NCBI GenBank assembly: GCA_016748015.1
Contig: JAAOMT010000523.1
Span: forward strand, 444,565-508,564
From: Geosiphon pyriformis uo1
Taxonomy: Eukaryota > Fungi > Glomeromycota
Length of the DNA: 64,000 nucleotides
Reading direction: 5' to 3'
Below are positions 1-13,530 of the stretch, one piece after another. Position 1 is the first letter of the stretch, and each line of letters begins with the position of its first letter. The notes below the pieces were generated by a model. That model saw only the letters and a program-made list of their open reading frames with translations, searched no databases and was not told the DNA's origin. Position numbers and translations under genes: made by a program.

Positions 1-1591
1 GGAGATAGAAAGAGGCTAGAGTGAAGGAATGAGGAAAGCGTACCGGAACAGATGAGAAATTGAAAATAAACGAGATACTTTAAAATCAACCTCTAAAGTC
101 TCAAGAAAACGCGAAAAAGGTGATTAGTCTATCAAATGAATTTTCGTATAGATATAGGATGGATGATTGGTAAAATGTTCGTATGCAAGTTATTTAGTTT
201 TTTCATTGACGAAACTTTGTTTTTTCGACTGGCTTCCCCTTGGTGCATTCTGCATTCTTTATTTCATAGTACAAAGATAAAATAAAATGATGTCGATATG
301 CCTAGAATTGAAACCTAAATGAAATCTGGAATATTTGGCAAAAAAAATTCTCATTCATTTTCTTCCGGTAGCCACTGTCACAAGTGTATACACTTGACAT
401 GTTTCTAAGAAGATTCTTTGAAAATGGAATTTAATTATTCCCGAAAACAACAAGAGAACAATGAAGGGTTTTTGATTAACCTATTTACTTCTTAATGTAA
501 AAAGTATATCATCACAAGGGGCTAAAAATGTAAAAAATCTAGCATTTCTTGTATGCCTATCCTTAAAATTTTCATTCATTATTTATTATTTATTATTTTG
601 TAATTAATTAAATACTATTAAAAATTGATTCAAAAATGGCAATAATCTTGTAATTAATGTTCATTGTTAATTTTAATCTAATTATATACATACTATGCTT
701 ATCTAACCTATTTTCAATAATAAATATAATACATTGTGGCGAATTTAATAATTTATAATGGGCTGTGATAAAAGAGTATAAAAAATGCCATTTGTTTATT
801 TTGCTAAATTTGCCATATTACTCTATTCGCCACAATATCCGCTTTATAATTATTTACTTTTGCCCAAATCTAGAAACTAAATAAAATTATATTGTTTAAT
901 TAGCATTTAATCTTGAACAATCTTATAATTTTTTTACTTTAATCAAACATATTGTATTATTAACCTTTTTTTGTAAAACTTAAGTAATCACAATAATAAT
1001 AATAATAATAATAATAATTAATATGCTAAATCCTTTTATTTTTGGTGATTAATATTTTCATATGAATAATAGTTGTAATTTTTAAAATCTTGAATCTCAT
1101 CAATGAATAATGGAATATCTTCAATAAATAATATCAAAATTGTTTAAATTCACCACAAAATTATATAATTTTTAATTTAGGTTAATACCTTTTACCATAA
1201 TCTCAAATGATTTTTCTTATCAGTTATTAGAGCACCATTAATGCTAAACATTTGTTCATTCAAAATATTTATAGTTGGTATTGAAAAATAGTCTCTAGCA
1301 AAATTTTGTAAGATTTGGATAACTTGCTTTATTCGCCATAACTATTTTAAATTATCTACATTCAGACCACAAACGGCACTATTAAATACATATCTAATTT
1401 TTTTGTTGTTTTACACATGATTATTTATAAATTTGTAATAATATATTCATTAAAGATGGTTTTTTAGTTAAATAAGTAATATTTTAACTAAAGAAAGTGC
1501 GTATTCATTTTCTTATTTATTCTTGATGCTAAAAAACAATATTTTATATTAATATATTAATTATTACACTTTTTATTGCAAATTACAAATA

Positions 1592-1714
1592 CAGTCAGAT
1601 CTCTATTAAAGAACACAGTTGGGACATGCAAATTATGTTTCATTTTAGAGGTGTTCTATTATAGAGTTTTATAATTATTATCAAATAAACTATATTTATT
1701 TATTAAATCAATCA

Positions 1715-1749
<35 letters not shown>

Positions 1750-3855
1750 AATATTGATTAATTGTTACCTGTTTTTTAGGAATTTTCCTTCATTTTTTCA
1801 TATTCATATAATTTTTTTCTAAGCAAATTTTGGTTTTCTATACTAAAATTTTCTTCTGCTATTTGCTCTTCAAATCTAATTACCTTTTTTAATGCTTCAT
1901 ATGCTTCTGTAATTGTAATTATAGCAGGCGGAGATTCTTCTAATTCTTCTTCCGAGTCATTAATTGTATTGGTTTCAATTTGAGCATCAGCTAAAACCAT
2001 ATCTACAATTTCATTATCATTAAGAATATTTTCAGTTGCCAATAATTCATCAACTGCTACAGTATAATCTTCGAGATTTTTGACCAATTGTTGTGCATTT
2101 GATGGTAAATTGTTGAATATATCCATAGCAATTAATGTTTCGGATTCTTGAATTTCTAATTCTTGATTATAGAAAAGAATATCCATTTTTTGCCAACAGT
2201 TTTGAATTGTAACAGGTGTTACTTGAAACTATGATTGAACACCATAATCAATTGCTTGTTTTATGTTTAATTTATTTATAAAAAATAAATTAATATTAGA
2301 TAAAATTATATAATATATAACGATAATAATACTGTATATATTATATTACTTAACTGTTTGATATTAATTTTTGTTCAAATTGATGTAAAATATGTTGACA
2401 ATATAGATGCTTATATTTGCCTTTGAAAGATTTGATAATGCCAGCATCCATTGGTTGAAGATGTGATGTTGTATTTGGAGGAAAATAGTGCAAAGTAATA
2501 TTGGTTAATTGGAATGAATCTTCTCCGATTTGAGTATGATGAGAAGTTGCATTATTAACCAAAAGTGCTGATTTTGAATTCGAAAGCCTTCATTTATATA
2601 TTTGAGCCATGCTTTCCATATATCTGAGCGCATCCATGCTTTGAATTGAATTTGTAAATTACAGGTAGGTTGGAAGTATTAATTCCTTTAAAGCATCTTG
2701 GATTTTTTGCATGTCCAATTACTAAAGGTTGCAATTTGTGAGATCCAGTTGAATTTGTAGCAAGAAGAATTGTAATCCGAGATTTATCCTATAAAAAACC
2801 CAATTAATTTAATATAACAATAATATATAACAATAACAATTGGTAAATATAATATACCAATTTTTTTCCTGCATTTCGACATTTTGCAAGTGTTTGATTT
2901 GGTCCCATACGAAAAAATAATCCTGTTTCATCAGCATTATATATGTCAGCAGGATCAAATTCGGATATAATGGTTTTTAATTTTCTTCGTTCTTCTGGTA
3001 AACTTTCAGTTGATACACTTCCTGCTTCACCATGAAATCGGTAAACACGTAACTGGTTTCGTTTTTTGAATTTTTGAACCCATCCATTTGAGAATTGCAT
3101 TTCATTTTCGTGCATACCAAGAAGTTTGGCAAATTCTTTTCCTTTCTCTTTAATTAGTTGATCATTGAATTCGATAGTGGCTGCAGTTACTTGTTCTACC
3201 CAATAACTTAAAGCTTGGTCTGATAATGGAAATTTAACGCTTTTGTGTCGAATAGATCTTTCTGAGATTTCATCAATTTCAATATTCAACCACTTTGCAT
3301 GCTCTTTGATTATCTCGGAGACAGTTGGACGAGAAATATGAAGATCTGGATATTTATGATTGAAGTAAGCTACAATATCATCATGTTTCGTGCTATAGTG
3401 ATTTTTGGAATATTGACAAATTTCTTTACGAAGAGCATCATTAACTGCTGCTCGTTTTTGTTTTTTGAATATAGGTTCCGAGATTGTGATAAATTAGAAA
3501 ATGTGCCTATAACGATAATATTAGATTTGGTTTTAGCAAGCGTGAATTGGAATACAATAGGGGTTAAGTGGCTGTACGTGAAAACAGACAAGATCAAAAA
3601 GAGTAAGTCCAATGTAAATCGATTTAAAAGAAAGTTAGGATGAAATCAATTCAATACGTTCTCCCAATTACCAATTAACATCTAGCACGTGATATTTGTT
3701 CTTATATGAAGGTAAATTTCGAATAAACGTTTGATAAAATTATGTTCTTGTTCCTTTATAGATTGTTCTTATATAAAGGGAAAATTGTTAATTAATCAAT
3801 TGGTTCTATAAAAAAATATTCTTTTATCGAGGGTTCTTTTATGGAGGTCTGACTG
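1592..3855 (-). mobile_element. pogo/Tigger-family (Tc1/mariner superfamily) DNA transposon, about 2.26 kb, full length
   Basis: 23-bp TIRs: CAGTCAGATCTCTATTAAAGAAC (1592-1614) vs reverse complement of 3833-3855, CAGTCAGACCTCCATAAAAGAAC (20/23 match). Flanked by TA (1590-1591) and TG (3856-3857, probably a mutated TA TSD). Encloses a CENP-B-type HTH plus DDE transposase. Confidence 0.93.
1776..3484 (-). pseudogene. pogo/Tigger transposase (CENP-B HTH + DDE_1), spliced, inactivated
   Basis: N-terminal KRAAVNDALRKEICQY...ISRPTVSEII, then FSNGWVQKFKKRN and IYNADETGLF. After a GT-AG intron (2857-2789): DKSRITILLATNSTGSHKLQPLVIG, a frameshifted NSK/AWM, PPNTTSHLQPMDAGIIKSFK and TIQNCWQK. Lesions: probable start ATG>ATC (3482-3484), 1-nt frameshift near 2640, in-frame TAG near 2230. 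Confidence 0.88.
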
Positions 3856-5109
3856 TGCTTATATATTTATAATCTGAATAATAAGTTGTAACCAAGTGCT
3901 TCAGATTTCTCAAATTTAAGCAAACGAATTTAGTATTATTGATGCAAAATTAGTAAATTTGTAATTGCAATTTTACATTTTTGAACAAGCCAATCATAAC
4001 ATATTTTTCTTCTTTCCAACTTTTTTAAGTGTTTTAATTAAAATATAATAAATAAAACAACCATTAACAATATTGGATATTTTGAAACCAACATAATAAA
4101 TTATATAAATATAAAAATAATAATCTGTTTTTTGAAAAAAAAATAAAAAAATATATATTAATAATTTTTAAATAATCATAAAACTGTAAAAAAAATTGTT
4201 TGTTAATAGAACTACAAAAAATATTATATTTATTTTGTAAAACTCTAAATATTTAAATAGCAAATAGTAAATTTAACATTATTATTTTAATTATTAGAAA
4301 TAATTTATTATAGATATTAATTTATTATTTATTAAAATAAATAAATGTTTTGAAATTAAAAAATTTACAATAGTAATTTTGTTATTTAATAAGTATAAGT
4401 TACATAAATTTATTTAAAAAACTTATACTTTGCTAATTTTTTTATTTTTTTATTTTTTTTAATATTCAATAATAAAATAGATTTGAAACTAGAAATTAAT
4501 TTATTTTTTTAACATTTTAAATTTTTATATAAATATTATAGATTACATTTATTTTCTAAAAAAATTTTTGTAAGTAAAATATATTAATATATAAATTTAA
4601 TATTAAGTTTTAACATAAAACATATTTTAAATAACCAATATTAAAATAAATAAGTAACTTAAATAATCAACATTATATAAATTAATCAACACTTATTTAT
4701 TTTTGCTTATATAATAGTAAAGAATTGTTATTTTATAAGGTATTTTAAAACTCAAAATTATTAAAACTTCATAGATTAATAATTAAACTTTGCCAAGTGA
4801 TAAAAAATAAAATAAAATTTCAATGAAAAATGTTTATTAAATAGTTTTAACCATTTTATATTGCTTTTTAAAAGTCAACAATTTCATAATTGAAATCTAA
4901 AAATTTTCCGGGTGGCTGGTCACACGTAGAAAGTACCTGAGCTGCGCCTAATATGTAATATTTAATCATGGTAAATACGTTATTTCACATGCGAATAGTT
5001 TGACATCCCTTTTTTTCTTTTATTTCCCTGCCTTTCGTTCTTGACGTTTTCCTACCTTTACTCTTAAACATTCAAAGAAGAAATTATTAATATCCTCTGC
5101 CTAATTGTG

Positions 5110-5400
5110 CCAATGTTTGGCAGCATGACCCGGGATAGCTGCATTCTGTTCCTATCATGTCTTCTCATTATCACCGACTTCATGGTTATTGCTGACCAGA
5201 TACTGCGATTTAAAGTACCTATACCCCAATCATGCATCACAAGTCATGGTTGTCCTTTCGGCCGTTCTTTGTTGGGATGAGCCAGGATAGCTGCTTCCTT
5301 GTCGTCAATGGTGATTGCTGCCAGAAGTCCAATTGTGCACCACAACTGTGATCCCTTTTGGCCGTTCTTGGTCGGCATGAGTCGTTGCATGATGTTGCTG
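5110..5400 (+). repeat. Diverged 100-150 bp tandem modules (about 2.5 units) in a CpG-containing island
   Basis: Recurring blocks: ggatagctgc (about 5134 and 5285), atggttattgctg/atggtgattgctg (about 5182 and 5308), ggccgttctt..g.atgag (about 5259 and 5359). Confidence 0.55.
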
Positions 5401-5431
5401 CAAGTTGGTCAAATAAGCTGATTATCCTTCA

Positions 5432-5770
5432 ATGCTATTTTTTAGATGTCAAAATATGAATGTTTATCAACAGGCAAGACTTTCAAACCAAATCAAAGAT
5501 TACTTTGATGAAGTCAATTTTCCAGAGTGGAGTATCATTGGATATTTATATTCAATTCGGAATTCAATCTTTACATCAACCAATGCAAATGAAGTCGCAG
5601 TTATTATGAAGGAAATAATAAACAATTATGGAAAATTAACATCATTTTTAGTAAATGCTTGGAGGAAACTTGAACAGCTTGTGAAAAATTTTGAAAGCAT
5701 TTGGAATCGTCCTGAAATTCAGCAATATTTTGATAAACTGGATTTCAATTATAATAAAAATGAATATTAA
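5432..5770 (+). pseudogene. Uncharacterised ORF/exon (IKDYFDEVNFPEWSIIGYL...), probably the 5' part of a gene whose 3' part is eroded
   Basis: 112-aa ORF of normal composition in a GC-richer island. Possible acceptor tttatag at about 5821, followed by increasingly AT-eroded sequence. No recognisable domain. Confidence 0.4.
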
Positions 5771-5949
5771 GGATATTTATCACTTTTAAAGTTAATAGTC
5801 TAATTAGCACTGAATTTATAGTTAAATAAAGTTCAGAAACTTAATTTTGTTTTTAATTATTTCAAAAAATAATTATATGTTAGAAATATTAAAAAACAGC
5901 AAAGTAATAAAGAACTCAATAATTATGATAAAATTATTATAATTTAATT

Positions 5950-7500
5950 TGATATTTTGGTACATTTTTTTTGGAAAAATTAACCCAGAATCTTTTTATA
6001 AACAGTATACAAATAAATTTTTAAATTACACTAAAAAGAAATTTTATTTATTATAATAAAAAATCAAATTCAAAAAAAAGAAAAATGGTAACTCTTATTT
6101 GGGCAAAAAGTAAAAAATTTATTACATAAAAAATATTGTTATTGTGGCTGTAATGTAATATATCTATAAAAAAAATTTTTATTTTAAATTAAGTTTCATC
6201 ATTAATATTAATAATCTCAAAATTGTGAGTTTGTTTAATAATCATAATTTACAACCAAATCCTAAAAATTAAAATAATTTCATAAAATGTTTTTTGTATT
6301 ATCATATAATAAGTTTTTTTAAACAATTACTCTTTATTTATTTAATATTATTTATGTTTATTTAGAAAATATTTCATTAATTTTGGGCTTAATATTTTTG
6401 AATATAATACAAAAAATCATTTTAAATATAATTATATACATCAAGTTTTTGTTTAATTATAAGCATTCATAATTTAACAACAAAAAAATAAACATAACCT
6501 AAATTTTTTTTTAAATAAACTATTTTGATATAAATTATTTCTAAATAATTTTAAAATATACATTTTAATTTAAATATTTAAAAAATTATTATTAATACTT
6601 CTTTTGTAAATATAGAAATAATAAAATTTGTAAAATAAATTTATTAATAACAATTATATGTTTTTAATTTTATTCTAATTTAAAAAAATTATAATTTAAA
6701 AAAAAAAGTTTTTGGATATTTATATAATTAAAAAATACAAATTAAATAAGTTATAAATAAAAGATATAAATATAATAATATTTTGAAAAAAATTTTATAT
6801 TTAAAAAATTTGTAGAATGTAAAATAGATTAAGAAATTATTTGATAATAATGAAAAATATTGCTTATTAAAAAATTTAGAAACTTAAATCTAATAATAAA
6901 TAATTTTATAAATTAAAAATTGCTAAGTATTTAACTTTTATAAGCATTTTTAAAGTAAATATTCAAAGTAACTATTTTGTTTATTTAAATTATTGCTATT
7001 AAAAATCAAATCAATTAATTAAACAGTAGTTTTATTTGTATTAAAATTGATATTAAAAATTTAAAATATGTAAATTTAACAAAAAAATTTTATTAAAAAA
7101 AATTTGAAATATATTTTTATCAAATATAACAATTTTTTTAATATTATTAATATTTTTTTTACTTATAAAAATTTTTTATTTTAGTATTTAAAAAAATTAC
7201 ATATTAATTTGATAATTAAAATAATCAAAAAATTAATTAGCTTAATAATAAATTTAATTAGCAAAACCAATTTTGCCAACTTTAATTTTAAAGAAATTAA
7301 CTTAAAATTAATTACAGAATTAATAACAAAAAAATCAAAAAATGTAACAGCTTTTACATATAATTTTCTATTAATAAGATAATTTTTAAAAAATTTGAAA
7401 TTAATCATAAATTTTACAAAAAGATAAAAACATCTTATAATTTAAACTCAAATAATTAAAATTTTAATATCTAAAACAATATTAATACTCAAAATTTTTT
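5950..7500 (+). mobile_element. Highly eroded Mutator/MULE-like transposase relic (tentative)
   Basis: Residual FAR1-like words CGCNV (about 6142) and LKIVSLFNNHN-LQPNP (about 6215-6265) in otherwise extremely AT-rich sequence. Boundaries approximate. Confidence 0.35.
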
Positions 7501-8613
7501 TACTAAATACAATTTTTTCTTAAAATATTAAGTTTAATAAAACTATTATTTAATTTAGCTTAAAAGTCAAAAATAATGATAGTATATTTCGATTTTTAAA
7601 AAAAATATAATTATAAAACTTGAAAAAAATTAATTTAATAATTTTAAAAACAATACAGCCAAAAAAAATTATCAAATTGGTTTTAAAGTATTTTTTGAAA
7701 CAATAACTTTTTTTTTTAACAAAAACCAATTAACAAGTTAATACAATATTTAAAAACATATAAAACTTACAATAAATACATTGTATTATTATTAATTACA
7801 AACTTTAACTTAATATTAAAGACTTTATAAAAAATACATATAAATATGTTTAATATTATTTATAATAATTTTAAAAAAATATTACAAAAAACAACAAAAC
7901 AAAAACAAATCAAATATTATAAAAAATAATGCAATTTTAAAATTAGTAAGAAAAAATAATACAACAAATTTTATTTAAATTATTAAAAAACTTAAAATTA
8001 AAATTTTATAAAAAAAACCAAATATTATTTTTAATAATTAATTTTAAATTAAAAAAAGTCATACATAAATTGATTATTTAAATTTATAAATAAAAACATA
8101 ATTTGTTTTGTTTTTTAAAGCTGGTAAAAATTAATTAAAATTTAATATATTAAATAATACAATTATGTATTAATTAAAAACAGTTTTAATAAATATGTTA
8201 TTATTACTATTATTTAAATAAAAAAGAAAACTATTGTTTATAATCAGATTTAAAATAAATATTATAATTGGTATAATTATAATAAAACTAGTATAAATAT
8301 TAAAAAAATTCAAAAAAAGCCAATATTTTATTTTACAAAAAGAAAAAAAAAATTATTATTAATTTTTTATTAAAAATTCCTAAATTCTTTATAATAATAG
8401 TAATTACATTAGAATTAAATACTTGAAAAAAAATTTAAAATGAAAAAAAAACTTTTATTTAAAACCAAAAACTGCTTTATTTTTATATTACTTAAGAAAA
8501 ACACTTTAAAAAAAATATTGTTTAGTTGTTTTTACTTCAAAAATTATTCAAATATAATTAAATATATTAAGTTTTTGTTTAATTATAAATATTTATTATT
8601 TAATAATATAAAT

Positions 8614-8739
8614 AAAACTGATTTAATATAAATTATATTTAAGTAATTTTAAAAATATGTATTATAAAAACTGATTTAATATAAATTATATTCAAGTAAT
8701 TTTAAAAATATGTATTATAAAAACTGATTTAATATAAAT
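8614..8739. repeat. 53-bp direct tandem repeat, about 2.4 copies
   Basis: aaaactgatttaatataaat recurs with its CTG at 8618, 8671 and 8724. Confidence 0.85.
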
Positions 8740-10975
8740 ATTTAAATTATTATTGTTAATATTTATTTTATAATATATATAGAAATAATAAAAGTTTATA
8801 AAATAAATTTAATAATAATAATAAGAATAATAATTTGATTTTTTAATTTTATGATTATTTAAAAAATAATTATAATTTAGAAAAAAAAATTTTTGTAATA
8901 AAAAAAATAAATTATAAATAAAAAAAATTAATAAAATAGAAATATAATAATATTTAAAAAAAAAAATCAAAAAAATTTGTAAAATACAAAATAAGAGAAT
9001 TAAAATATCTAAAAAATTATTTAAAAATAACAAAAAGAATAAAAAATAATATTTATTAAAAAATTTATAAGCTTAAATCTTTATAATAATAATAAATAAA
9101 TTATTTAATTGAATATTTATGTTTAAGTAAGTATTTTTAATTGAATTTATTGTAAATATTCTGTTAATAAAATTTTAATTTTAATTACAATTGTATATAA
9201 ATAATATATAATATTTTTTTTATAGTTATATTTAATTTAAAAACTTTTAATTTATATTAATTTATACAAATAAAATTATTATTATTATTATTATAAAAAA
9301 CATAAAAAAAACATAAAAAATTAATATTATTTAAAACAAATTAAAAAAAATTTAATAATTGTATTTAGTCTTAAAATAAATAAATAAATAATTAATGTTT
9401 TTTATCATTAATTTAAATGCTTTTATTAAAATAATACAAATAATAAAGTTATGAAAAATCAATAACAAGAATAACAAGAATAACAATAACAATAATAATA
9501 ATAATTTTAAATGTTTTTTTTTTAGTTTTTAATATATATAGCAACTTATTGATTTATATTATTTTTGATGGTAATGGGAAAATCCATAAAAATTTCTTTC
9601 AAATTAAGGTTATAAACTTCAAAAGGAAAGCGTTGAAAATAATTAAAGACCAAAATTTTTGAAATGAACTTTTTTTTAAATAATATTACTAAAAAAAAAT
9701 AAACAGAAATAATTGAGAATGTATTTTTAAGTTTTGTCTGAAAGATTATTTTAAGAGTTACCCGAGTCATGACTTAAAACCAATATTTTGGGGTACAAAA
9801 AGGTTTAAATTATCTCTTTTAAAAATCAATCGATACAATTCAAAAGGATTTGTGATGAGAATTTGTAACATTGTACGGCATATTTACTTTGAATATCAAC
9901 CTTAAATGCGTAGATTTAATAAAGGCTTAGATATTTTTATATGACTAAAAGATCTATGATAAGAAAAACTTTAGTTGAATGTCAATATATATATATAAGC
10001 TGGTGAACTACTTTTCGATAATGTATTTAAATGATATTCTACAAGAGTTTTCCAAAAAATAAAACTGTTTATGCAGTCTAAAAAAGGAAATGTGGCCCGG
10101 GAGCAATTTAATGTTTTTAAAAGTAACCATATGAGATGACATGAAACATTGATTGTTAAAAAAGGTTTCAATAATTTATATTCAGTAAGTTAAAAAGAAG
10201 TAAAAATCAATTGTTAGTTCAAATAAAGCTTTTAAAAGATAAGATTCTCAATAAAAGTATACAAGTTTCATTTTTTGATAACATTTCAACAAATGAAAAT
10301 CCTTGTTCAGCCTAAACTTGTAAAAAGCAAGCATGGGATTTCAAAGCAGGGTTTAGGTTTTATCTAAAGATCAAGTTACATAATATTAATTATTAAAAAT
10401 TTCAGATAACTTTGTGATTAAAAATTATTGCAGACAATATAAACTTTCTTATTTTTATTTGGTAAATAAAGCGGGATGCAAGGATATTTGGCTAGGTATG
10501 GTCATTAAGAAGATTAAAAAGAAACAGAATTTTTTTGAAAACCTTTAAAGTTTTGGGACTTTTAAGAAAGACATTTTCATAATAAAAAATAATTATAATT
10601 TTTATTTTTAACTTTTCCAATTATAATAATAATAACAATAATAATGATAATAATAATAATAATAATAATAATAATCAAAAACTCAATTAAATTTTATCAA
10701 TATCGTTTTAGATACACGTTTTCTTGAAGTTTCTTTGAACTGTGGCATGATGTTATGCAGTCGCAATTTAGAATATAACAAGAACCAAACTCTATTTAAA
10801 TAGAAATCAATTGAGCAAGTTTCTAATCTTTTTGTCTTGATGCAGAAAATTATTAATTATAAAATGTTTGTTTAATTTCCAAAACTTTAAATTACAATGG
10901 GAGAAAAAGTTTATTGAAATACCTTTTAGTTAAAACTCGAAATTGAAAATGAGAATTAAGATTTGAATAATAAAT

Positions 10976-11177
10976 AAGAAGAAGGAGAAGAAGAAGAAGA
11001 AGAAGAAGAAGAAGAAGAAGAAGAAGAAGAAGAAGAAGAAGAATAATAATAATAATAATAATAATAAGAAGAAGAAGAAGAATAATAATAATAATAATAA
11101 TAATAATAAGAAGAAGAATAATAATAATAATAATAAATATAATAATAATAATAATAATAAATAATAATAATAATAAT
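10976..11177. repeat. Compound microsatellite (GAA)n/(AAT)n
   Basis: Alternating blocks of GAA and AAT triplets. Confidence 0.95.
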
Positions 11178-13137
11178 TTTTACGTCAATAAACAGGTTAA
11201 AAGACTTGTCTCATAGCTTCGAGAAAATTTTGTTTACCTGATTATACTGTACTACTTGGTCAGGGTACAAAGTTATTTTAGGTTCATTATGAATGATAGC
11301 TTTGAATCATGCCATTTTGGTAAAAGAATAACATGTGAACTTCATTTTAGAGGCTGTTAGTTTTTTAATTTCGTAGAACTTAAATATTCTAAAAGAGGTT
11401 AAAACCTTCCTAATTATATATATTGTCAATCATTTCTTAATAATTTTAGAAGATGGCTGTAGGCATTTGCGCCTTTCACTTTAGTCTACATAACTAACTA
11501 TGCGCTTAAAATCATCATAATATTTTTCAAGATTGTGACAGTAAACAAACAAAAAAGATGAGAAAACTGAAATTTGAAATTCGGAAATAAAAAGATACAC
11601 ATTCCCGGATTTTTAACAAAAACGTGATTATACCTCAATTACATCATTAATTTTCCGTCATATATATAATAAATATATAGGGTATTTCGAAAATTTATTT
11701 TTATATTCAAATAAAAAAATTTCACAGTTATGTAAGTCAAAGATTTATAATTGTATTAATAAAAACCTGATTTTTTTTTTTTTACTTTATTAGATAAATC
11801 GACCAATCTTTCTTTGGGATAGGTAGTCTAATGTACATGCACCAGTGAGTGAAAATCTTTGAAATTCTACGTATGTTTATGATCGTCATTATAATTTTTT
11901 GTTATGTTATTAAATAAGAATATTATAATTTTTCCAGTTTAAAAATAGAAAAATTGATAATATATAGTTCCTTACAAAATTGAAATGTCAATCCATCCAA
12001 CCAAAAGTTTATCAATCAAAGGAAATGAAATTCATCTTTATCTAAAACTAAAGGAATGCATTTGTATACATACAATGCTTTTGAAGGGGGGGGGGGGAAG
12101 GGGGTTTAAAAAAAGATCCAGGCTCAAATTATATTGTAATTGTTAAAACTGGTTTTGTCCTCATGTGCAGCTAACACATAACCTTCAAGTGTACTGGGAT
12201 CTGATGGGTTAAAATTTCAAACGCTTAAAAATTCAGAGGTACTACTCTTGAGTAATAATTATTTTATTGGATAAGATTTATGCATTTGTCCTGGGTACCC
12301 ATATATTTTTCTGTTGAACATGATTTCACAAACTAATATTTTGCACATTTCGGAAAAAACTTTTAGTGCATAAAAATTTTAACCAATTAATTAAATGATT
12401 GAAAAAATATTAGATTCAAAAAAGATTAATTAACAAAGTTTAACTTTTATATTTTCCGGTAGGCGTACATTTTTTTTTTTTTAAGGGTTGCCTAAAAGAA
12501 ATTTGTTTTTACTAAAAAATATTCAATCGACAACAAATTATATGAAAATAATTATTTAATGATAATAAAAACTCATGAAAAAGTTTTTGATTTTTATCAT
12601 AACTTTAAAAGTGTAGAAAAAATTGTTAAATAATCAAATTTTTTTATTAATTTTTATTTCTATTACGAAAATTTTTTGTCTGAGACACATTTTTAATTAA
12701 TTTACTTGAATTAATAATCCCAGTAATCAATGAAGTCTTACCATTTTAAAATATTACATAATTTTTTTTCCCTGTCATTTACTTTAAACAAAGTTGATTG
12801 CAGCCCTATTTTCTGCAATGTCCAGTATGTAAAGAATAGAAAATAATTTGGTTTGTTCAAAATGAAACATCTTTATGCATTTCGGAAACAAAAATTTAAA
12901 AAAAAAAAAAATATCTCCCCCCAATTGCAAGACCCAAAAATATGAAGATTACAAAATCATTTTAAAGGTTTGAAAAAAAAGTGAAATTACATATTTCATT
13001 TAAGTAAGTAAATTATTATAATTTTTTAGATTGATCTCATGTGAAAATAACTACATATTAGAAATAAAAAAAAATTTGAAATTTAAACGTCCTTCAAAAG
13101 TTTTACGTATATTAAAATATTTGACATAAACTGTGTA

Positions 13138-13170
<33 letters not shown>

Positions 13171-13490
13171 TTTATTATTGATACTTAAAATAACTTTTGT
13201 TTCTCTAATAACCATTTTGCAAATCTAATTCCTTAATTTAAATATACTACATTTTTTATCTTCAACAATTATAAGCTTATCTCGAATAGGCAGCTGAGTT
13301 CCTTTGGTATGCACAAGAAAGCAAGTTTTCGGAATTTTTAAAGCAATTCTTTTCATAGAGATCGAAAAATAAGGTTGATTGGGCAACCAGGACTCTTTAA
13401 TTTTTAGTGTACATTAGAAGAATTTCCTTGTGATTAGACACGACTTTTAGTTCGACCTTCCTTATTGTGGTTGTCTCATGGAAAATCCTT

Positions 13491-13530
13491 GGGCGGTCAA
13501 GTTCAAAAGAACAATGGGATGAGCGATTGG
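13491..13530. promoter_or_regulatory. Candidate upstream cis-element cluster of the HMG gene (GC box, HMG-box site, CCAAT box)
   Basis: GGGCGG 13491-13496; AAGAACAATGGG 13507-13518 (reverse complement CCCATTGTTCTT); ATTGG 13526-13530. All lie in a GC-richer island about 820 bp upstream of the ATG. Confidence 0.35.

Larger units (their letters stand above)
1150..4150 (-). mobile_element. Degenerate hAT-superfamily transposase relic, interrupted by the pogo/Tigger element at 1592-3855
   Basis: Minus strand about 1200-1330 reads FARDYFSIPTINILNEQMFSINGALITDKKNHL, a transition-eroded hAT C-terminal dimerisation motif (ARDYLxIPATSxxSExxFS..IT.KRNRL). Right of the Tigger the minus strand gives ASIILNS (about 3930; cf. 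A.ILDPR) and SKYPILLMVV (about 4060-4090; cf. SxYPTLSxV). Ends not defined. Confidence 0.6.

Noticed and set aside
3299-3643. Plus-strand 114-aa ORF and minus-strand 3370-3612 ORF
   Set aside because: Antisense and alternate-frame shadows of the transposase N-terminus.
7181-9033. Short F/I/K/L/N-rich ORFs (also at 33974, 44913 and 45565)
   Set aside because: Chance ORFs in extremely AT-rich eroded repeats; no domain signal.
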